Source of the DNA: Microcystis sp. T1-4
Lineage (GTDB): Bacteria; Cyanobacteriota; Cyanobacteriia; Cyanobacteriales; Microcystaceae
Reading direction: 5' to 3'
NCBI RefSeq assembly: GCF_000297435.1
Contig: NZ_CAIP01000190.1
Coordinates: 1 to 20,038 of the forward strand
Length of the DNA stretch: 20,038 nt
Every line of letters begins with the position of its first letter. Position 1 is the stretch's first letter. Under the pieces are notes generated by a model. It was not told the origin of the DNA. It was given only the letters and a program-made list of their open reading frames with translations, and did not search any database. Shown here piece by piece: positions 15,177 to 20,038 of the stretch. The translations under genes and the position numbers were made by a program.

Positions 15177-16982
15177 ATGGCTGTAATTGTCCAAAAATAC
15201 GGTGGTACATCGGTAGGTTCCGTGGAACGCATTCAATCGGTCGCTCAACGGGTCAAAAATACGGTAATAGCAGGAAATACCGTGGTGGTGGTCGTTTCTG
15301 CCATGGGTAAAACCACCGATGGATTGGTCAATTTAGCCAAACAAATCGCCGCCGAACCCTCGCGCCGGGAGATGGATATGTTATTATCCACGGGGGAACA
15401 GGTAACAATCGCCTTGATGAGTATGGCCCTAGAGGAAATCGGACAACCGGCCATCTCCCTAACCGGCGCTCAGGTGGGAATTGTCACGGAATCCGAACAT
15501 AGTCGGGCCCGTATTTTAGAAATTAAAACCGATCGCCTTTCCCGTCATCTATCGGAAGGTAAAGTAGTTGTGGTCGCCGGTTTTCAAGGTGTCAGCGATA
15601 GCGATCAACTAGAGATTACCACCCTAGGGCGCGGTGGGTCCGATACCTCGGCCGTAGCCCTAGCGGCCGCCTTAAAAGCCGATTTTTGCGAAATTTACAC
15701 CGATGTACCCGGTATTCTCACCACTGACCCCCGTTTAGTCCCCGAAGCGCGTCTTTTAGACCAAATTACCTGCGATGAGATGCTCGAATTAGCCAGTTTA
15801 GGGGCGAAAGTTCTCCACCCGCGAGCGGTGGAAATCGCTAAAAACTTCGGGGTTCCCTTGGTTGTCCGCTCCAGTTGGACAGAGGATCCGGGTACTTGGG
15901 TGACATCCCCAGCACCGAAACCGCGCACCCTGCAAGGATTGGAATTGACAAAAGCAGTGGATGCGGTGGAATTTGAGGGTAATCAGGCGAAAATCTCCCT
16001 TTTACGGGTTCCGGATCGTCCCGGTATCGCTGCCCGTTTATTCGGGGAAATCGCCCATCAACAGGTGGACGTGGATTTAATTATTCAATCGATTCACGAG
16101 GGGGACAGCAACGATATCGCCTTTACGGTGATGGGAAATGCCTTGAAAAAAGCCCAATCCGTGGCCGAAGCGATCGCACCGGTTTTACGTTCCCATCCCA
16201 CTAATACAGAGGAAGCGGAAGTGATTATCGAATCCGGGGCCGCTAAAATCGCCATTACCGGCGCTGGTATGATCGGCCGACCTGGAATTGCTGCCCAAAT
16301 ATTTAGCACTTTGGCCGCAGCAGCAATTAATATCGAAATGATCTCCACTTCTGAAGTAAAAGTCAGTTGCGTCATCGATGAAGCGGACGGAGAAAAAGCA
16401 ATTAAAGTCCTTTGTGATGCTTTTCAAGTGGAGTATTCTGCTAAAGTTGCTCATTGCGAAATCCCTAAAAATTTAGTCCCAGTACGGGGAGTGGCCCTAG
16501 ATAATAATCAGGCACAAATGGCCATTCGTAACGTCCCCGATCGCCCCGGGATGGCGGCGAGAATTTTCTCGGTTTTAGCGGCAAAAAATGTCAGTGTTGA
16601 TATGATTATTCAATCCCAACGCTGTCGCATTGTCGATGGTATTCCTCGACGGGATATCGCTTTTACTTTACCCCAAGCTGATGCTAATTTAGCCCAAAAA
16701 ATCCTTTTAGAACTATCGGAAAGTTTGGGTTTACAGGAAGTGGTGGTTAATAATGATGTGGCGAAAGTGAGCATTGTTGGTTCAGGAATGGAAGGACAAC
16801 CGGGGGTAGCAGCACGCTTTTTTGAAGCTTTAGCAAAGGAGAAAATTAATATTTTAATGATTGCTACTTCTGATATAAAAATCAGTTGTGTGGTGAATCA
16901 GGAAGATGGAGTCAGGGCCCTACAAGTGGTTCACGCCGCTTTTGGATTAGCCGGACAGGGTAAAATTGAAGTACCCGCCTAA
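15177..16982 (+). CDS. lysC: aspartate kinase with duplicated regulatory region (four ACT domains)
   Basis: 601 aa from ATG 15177 (MAVIVQKYGGTSVGS, the aspartokinase N-terminal signature). Two tandem ACT-ACT modules are visible as repeated patterns: ...LLRVPDRPGIAARLFGEIA... and ...IRNVPDRPGMAARIFSVLA..., then ...GAGMIGRPGIAAQIFSTLA... and ...GSGMEGQPGVAARFFEALA.... This matches the long cyanobacterial form. The ORF-track start at 15126 adds 17 non-family codons. Confidence 0.93.
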   Translation: MAVIVQKYGGTSVGSVERIQSVAQRVKNTVIAGNTVVVVVSAMGKTTDGLVNLAKQIAAEPSRREMDMLLSTGEQVTIALMSMALEEIGQPAISLTGAQVGIVTESEHSRARILEIKTDRLSRHLSEGKVVVVAGFQGVSDSDQLEITTLGRGGSDTSAVALAAALKADFCEIYTDVPGILTTDPRLVPEARLLDQITCDEMLELASLGAKVLHPRAVEIAKNFGVPLVVRSSWTEDPGTWVTSPAPKPRTLQGLELTKAVDAVEFEGNQAKISLLRVPDRPGIAARLFGEIAHQQVDVDLIIQSIHEGDSNDIAFTVMGNALKKAQSVAEAIAPVLRSHPTNTEEAEVIIESGAAKIAITGAGMIGRPGIAAQIFSTLAAAAINIEMISTSEVKVSCVIDEADGEKAIKVLCDAFQVEYSAKVAHCEIPKNLVPVRGVALDNNQAQMAIRNVPDRPGMAARIFSVLAAKNVSVDMIIQSQRCRIVDGIPRRDIAFTLPQADANLAQKILLELSESLGLQEVVVNNDVAKVSIVGSGMEGQPGVAARFFEALAKEKINILMIATSDIKISCVVNQEDGVRALQVVHAAFGLAGQGKIEVPA

Positions 16983-17004
16983 ATGAAATTACAAGTTCTA
17001 TGAT

Positions 17005-17044
17005 GGGGGTAAGAGTTGTTTAATTGTTGGCAACTTATACCCCC
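17005..17044 (+). terminator. stem-loop downstream of lysC (terminator candidate)
   Basis: GGGGGTAAGAGTTG (17005-17018) pairs with CAACTTATACCCCC (17031-17044) at 12 of 14 positions, with a 12-nt loop, 22 nt after the lysC stop. It is followed by an A-run rather than a T-run. It overlaps the TTG start proposed by the ORF track for the next gene. Confidence 0.35.
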
Positions 17045-17089
17045 AAAAACCCGATAAATAAGTTAACCCTCATCACCCCGATTTTATCT

Positions 17090-17506
17090 ATGGACCCTCT
17101 TACAGGAGCAGCGATCGCAGTTGGTTCGATTATTGCCACTAAAGCGTTAGAGAAAACTGGTGAAAAAGTGGGAGAGAAAGTTTGGCAACAAACAGAAAAA
17201 TTTCTCACTTCCCTGAAACAAGTTTCTCCAGATACTGTCACCGCAATTGAAAAAGCACCCGAACAGCCTTTAGATTATGGACAGGCAATTCTAGAGGTGG
17301 AATCTGTTGCTAAAACCAGTCCCGAATTAAGCCAAATTATAACCGAGTTGGTTAAAGCGATAGAAGCGGAACCTTCCCTTAAAGAATTGGTTAATAATAC
17401 CCTTAAATCTCAATCTCAACAAGCCAGCTTTATCAATAATCAAAAATTACCTGATTCCATAAAGAATCTTTTTCAAGGTAATACATTCATTGGCAATACT
17501 TTCTGA
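17090..17506 (+). CDS. small helical N-terminal domain ORF (138 aa), in frame with the downstream NB-ARC-TPR gene and ended by TGA
   Basis: I chose the ATG at 17090 (MDPLTGAAIAVGSIIATKALEKTGEKVGEKVWQQ...). It lies after the lysC hairpin and is the first ATG. The frame is the same as 17660..20038. The protein ends ...NLFQGNTFIGNTF, then TGA. Confidence 0.6.
   Translation: MDPLTGAAIAVGSIIATKALEKTGEKVGEKVWQQTEKFLTSLKQVSPDTVTAIEKAPEQPLDYGQAILEVESVAKTSPELSQIITELVKAIEAEPSLKELVNNTLKSQSQQASFINNQKLPDSIKNLFQGNTFIGNTF
17504..17506 (+). other. in-frame TGA separating the N-terminal domain from the NB-ARC domain
   Basis: Both 17024/17090 and 17660 are in the same reading frame. The 51 codons at 17507-17659 are open and encode the conserved pre-P-loop segment ...NIPRFVGRDQELIDLKKQL.... 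Confidence 0.9.
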
Positions 17507-17659
17507 CTGCAGCCGCCTGTTAAGGAACAGGTTAAACAACATCCTCACAATTTATCTAATAGTAATATCCCTAGATTTGTTGGTAGGGATCAGGAATTAA
17601 TTGACTTAAAAAAGCAATTACAACAATCCCAAAAGCTTGCTATATCTACCTTAACGGGA

Positions 17660-20038
17660 ATGGGAGGCATAGGTAAAACCGAACTAGCCAGACAGTTTGG
17701 CTGGCAACAATGGCGGGAAAAAGCCTATCCCGGGGGTATATGTTGGTTAAATGTGGCAGAAAGTGACGGCGGTTTTATCGGTACTTCTATTTTAGATTTT
17801 GCGCGGGTACATCTCAAATTAACTTTACCGGATGAGGGAGAATTAGACGTAAAAATTCGTTATTGTTGGCAAAACTGGTTAGCGGGAAATGTCCTAATTA
17901 TCTTTGATGATGTGCGGGATTATCAGCAAATTAGGGATTATTTACCACCGCAAGAAGACAAACGCTTTCAGGTTTTAATTACCACTCGCAAGGAATATTT
18001 ATCAGCGACAATTGCGACTTTTCGGGTAGAAGTATTAAAAGAAAAAGATGCACTTGATTTATTGCGTTCCTACCTTGTAGATAACAGAATTGACACACAA
18101 ATCGAGGCAGCTAAATTATTATGTCAGGATTTGGGTTATTTACCCTTGGCGTTAGAATTGGTGGCAAGGTTGCTGGTACGACGACAGGATTGGGAAATCA
18201 GCAAAATACGGCAGAAATTAGCCGAAAAAGGCTTAGATGAGCCAATCTTAGCCAAAAATCCCAAGTTTCATGGGGAAATGACTGCGGAAAGAGGGTTAAA
18301 AGCTGCCTTTAATCTCAGTTGGGAGGAGTTGCACAGCGAACCAGAAGCGCAAATTTTGGCACTTTACCTCAGTTTATTCGCTCTTGCGCCCTTTCCCAAG
18401 GGGATGATTCTGGATTTATTTCCCGATGAGGATGGGGATACAGTGGAGGAATGGTTAAGCGATAGTTTAGTTCACCTGAGTTTAGTTCAGGATAATCGTG
18501 ATGGTTGGTATGAAATTCATCCCCTGTTGCGTCGCTATTTTCGGGATAAGTTAGAAGCATCACCCCACGCAGAACCAGCAAAACGCCGTTATTGTGGGAT
18601 TATGGCCAAAAAATCGGCAGAAATGCCACAGAATCCCACTGTAGAAATCGTTGAAGAATTTAAACCTTTCCTTCTCCATCTACAAGCATCTGTCGGGGAA
18701 TATCCCCAATATATCGCTGATGAGGATTTATTATGGTCCTATACGGGTTTAGCTTGGTATTATAACGGACAAGGATTGTATGCTATTGCTGAACCTTACT
18801 ATCAAGATTGTTTAACCGCAACTCGAACCCACTTAGGAGACAATCATCCCCATGTGGCAACTTCCCTCAACAATTTAGCACTATTGTACGAATCCCAAGG
18901 CAGGTACACAGAAGCGGAACCTCTCCTTCTAGAAGCTTTAGATTTGAGAAAACGACTCTTAGGAGACAATCATCCCGATGTGGCAACTTCCCTCAACAGT
19001 TTAGCAGCATTGTACAAATCCCAAGGCAGGTACACAGAAGCGGAACCTCTCTATCTAGAAGCATTAGATTTGTATAAACGACTCTTAGGAGACAATCATC
19101 CCCATGTGGCACTTTCCCTCAACAATTTAGCACTATTGTACTATTCTCAAGGCAGGTACACAGAAGCAGAACCTCTCTTTCTAGAAGCATTAGATTTGTA
19201 TAAACGACTCTTAGGAGACAATCATCCCCATGTGGCACTTTCCCTCAACAATTTAGCAGGATTGTACGATTCCCAAGGCAGGTACACAGAAGCAGAACCT
19301 CTCCTTCTAGAAGCATTAGATTTGTATAAACGACTCTTAGGAGACAATCATCCCCATGTGGCAACTTCCCTCAACAATTTAGCAGCATTGTACGATTCTC
19401 AAGGCAGGTACACAGAAGCAGAACCTCTCTTTCTAGAAGCATTAGATTTGTATAAACGACTCTTAGGAGACAATCATCCCCATGTGGCACTTTCCCTCAA
19501 CAATTTAGCAGGATTGTACGATTCCCAAGGCAGGTACACAGAAGCAGAACCTCTCTATCTAGAAGCATTAGATTTGAGAAAACGACTCTTAGGAGACAAT
19601 CATCCCGATGTGGCAACTTCCCTCAACAATTTAGCAAACTTGTACGAATCCCAAGGCAGGTACACAGAAGCGGAACCTCTCCATCTAGAAGCATTAGATT
19701 TGAGAAAACAACTCTTAGGAGACAATCATCCCGATGTGGCACAATCCCTCAACAATTTAGCAGGATTGTACGATTCCCAAGGCAGGTACACAGAAGCGGA
19801 ACCTCTCTATCTAGAAGCATTAGATTTGACAAAACGACTCTTAGGAGACAATCATCCCGATGTGGCACAATCCCTCAACAATTTAGCACTATTGTACAAA
19901 TCCCAAGGCAGGTACACAGAAGCGGAACCTCTTTATTCTGAAGCATTACAAATTTGTGAACAATCATTAGGAATAGCGCATCCAACAACAATGACGGTTC
20001 GAGGAAATTATGCTATCTGCCTTCGTCGTGGGAGATAG
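17660..20038 (+). CDS. STAND NTPase, NB-ARC domain plus TPR repeat sensor (NLR/Avs-like); coding-like sequence extends 5' to 17507
   Basis: Walker A is GMGGIGKTELA, and the ORF-track Met lies inside the P-loop. Walker B is VLIIFDDVRD, the sensor-1/RNBS-B-like motif is QVLITTRKE, and the GLPLA-type motif is LGYLPLALELVARLL. These are followed by a helical linker and TPR_10/12-type 42-aa repeats. The TAG stop lies at the last 3 bases of the window. Confidence 0.85.
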   Translation: MGGIGKTELARQFGWQQWREKAYPGGICWLNVAESDGGFIGTSILDFARVHLKLTLPDEGELDVKIRYCWQNWLAGNVLIIFDDVRDYQQIRDYLPPQEDKRFQVLITTRKEYLSATIATFRVEVLKEKDALDLLRSYLVDNRIDTQIEAAKLLCQDLGYLPLALELVARLLVRRQDWEISKIRQKLAEKGLDEPILAKNPKFHGEMTAERGLKAAFNLSWEELHSEPEAQILALYLSLFALAPFPKGMILDLFPDEDGDTVEEWLSDSLVHLSLVQDNRDGWYEIHPLLRRYFRDKLEASPHAEPAKRRYCGIMAKKSAEMPQNPTVEIVEEFKPFLLHLQASVGEYPQYIADEDLLWSYTGLAWYYNGQGLYAIAEPYYQDCLTATRTHLGDNHPHVATSLNNLALLYESQGRYTEAEPLLLEALDLRKRLLGDNHPDVATSLNSLAALYKSQGRYTEAEPLYLEALDLYKRLLGDNHPHVALSLNNLALLYYSQGRYTEAEPLFLEALDLYKRLLGDNHPHVALSLNNLAGLYDSQGRYTEAEPLLLEALDLYKRLLGDNHPHVATSLNNLAALYDSQGRYTEAEPLFLEALDLYKRLLGDNHPHVALSLNNLAGLYDSQGRYTEAEPLYLEALDLRKRLLGDNHPDVATSLNNLANLYESQGRYTEAEPLHLEALDLRKQLLGDNHPDVAQSLNNLAGLYDSQGRYTEAEPLYLEALDLTKRLLGDNHPDVAQSLNNLALLYKSQGRYTEAEPLYSEALQICEQSLGIAHPTTMTVRGNYAICLRRGR
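18833..19966 (+). repeat. nine tandem 126-bp units encoding 42-aa TPR repeats (LGDNHP.VA.SLNNLA.LY.SQGRYTEAEPL.LEALDL.KRL)
   Basis: Units start at 18833, 18959, 19085, 19211, 19337, 19463, 19589, 19715 and 19841, an exact 126-bp period. Units 1-8 differ at only a handful of nucleotides. Unit 9 diverges in its last ~35 nt. A degenerate capping half-unit follows at 19967-20035. Confidence 0.95.

Noticed and set aside
17504-17506. TGA as a selenocysteine codon
   Set aside because: The downstream hairpin is only 6 bp with an AAGG loop, unlike a bacterial SECIS. The position is a linker between domains, not a redox active site. To my knowledge cyanobacteria generally lack the Sec machinery. This cannot be fully excluded without the genome.
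17420-17600. Paired amyloid-signalling motifs (effector C-terminus matching NLR N-terminus, as in the bacterial Bell/BASS and fungal HET-s systems)
   Set aside because: The tail ..NLFQGNTFIGNTF looks prion-motif-like. However, no second matching motif follows the stop: the sequence goes straight into LQPPVKEQV...FVGRDQEL. The NLR part also lacks its own start codon. The paired-motif model is therefore unsupported.
15245-18581. Short antisense ORFs inside lysC (15245-15454, 15695-15928, 16094-16375, 16185-16454), the N-domain ORF (17035-17241) and the NB-ARC gene (18369-18581)
   Set aside because: They are shadow frames of motif-supported genes with no independent support.
18808-19077. 89-aa plus-strand ORF in an alternative frame of the TPR repeats
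   Set aside because: The frame is open only because the 126-bp unit is repeated. The main frame gives a canonical TPR sequence, whereas this one gives repetitive Arg/Ser-rich nonsense.
18833-19966. Regular 126-bp periodicity that could be mistaken for a CRISPR-like array
   Set aside because: The units are contiguous with no unique spacers, lie in one long ORF, and translate to TPR repeats.

Overview
This is a cyanobacterial chromosomal window. Evidence: the HIP1 octamer GCGATCGC is scattered through the core genes, there are STRR-type heptamer repeats, and it carries ndhH and a four-ACT aspartokinase. The repeat content looks Microcystis-like, but I cannot verify that here. The middle ~14 kb is ordinary housekeeping: ndhH (-), putA (+), pgm (+), an esterase-rsmB-TerB-like operon (-), nnr (+) and lysC (+). 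Two accessory loci sit at the edges. At the left edge (1-2731, minus strand) is a tightly coupled, AT-rich, HIP1-free cassette. It encodes an orphan ~459-aa protein, a MoxR-class AAA+ ATPase and the N-terminus of a CoxE-like vWA protein that runs off the window. I treat it as a candidate vWA-MoxR-type NTP-dependent conflict/defence system whose first component I cannot place in any family. At the right edge (17090-20038, plus strand) is an NLR/Avs-like STAND gene: an NB-ARC domain plus nine near-identical 126-bp TPR units with variation confined to about 8 codons. Its small helical N-terminal domain is cut off from the NB-ARC by a single in-frame TGA in a leaky TGA-C context. The intergenic regions are repeat-dense. 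They hold a 122-bp MITE with 12-bp TIRs and an 8-bp TSD, G/C-homopolymer palindromes (one supplies the stop codon of nnr), heptamer microsatellites with G-quadruplex potential, and dispersed 45-58 bp repeats. I saw no rRNA, tRNA, CRISPR array or transposase gene. All family calls rest on motifs read by eye; no searches were run.
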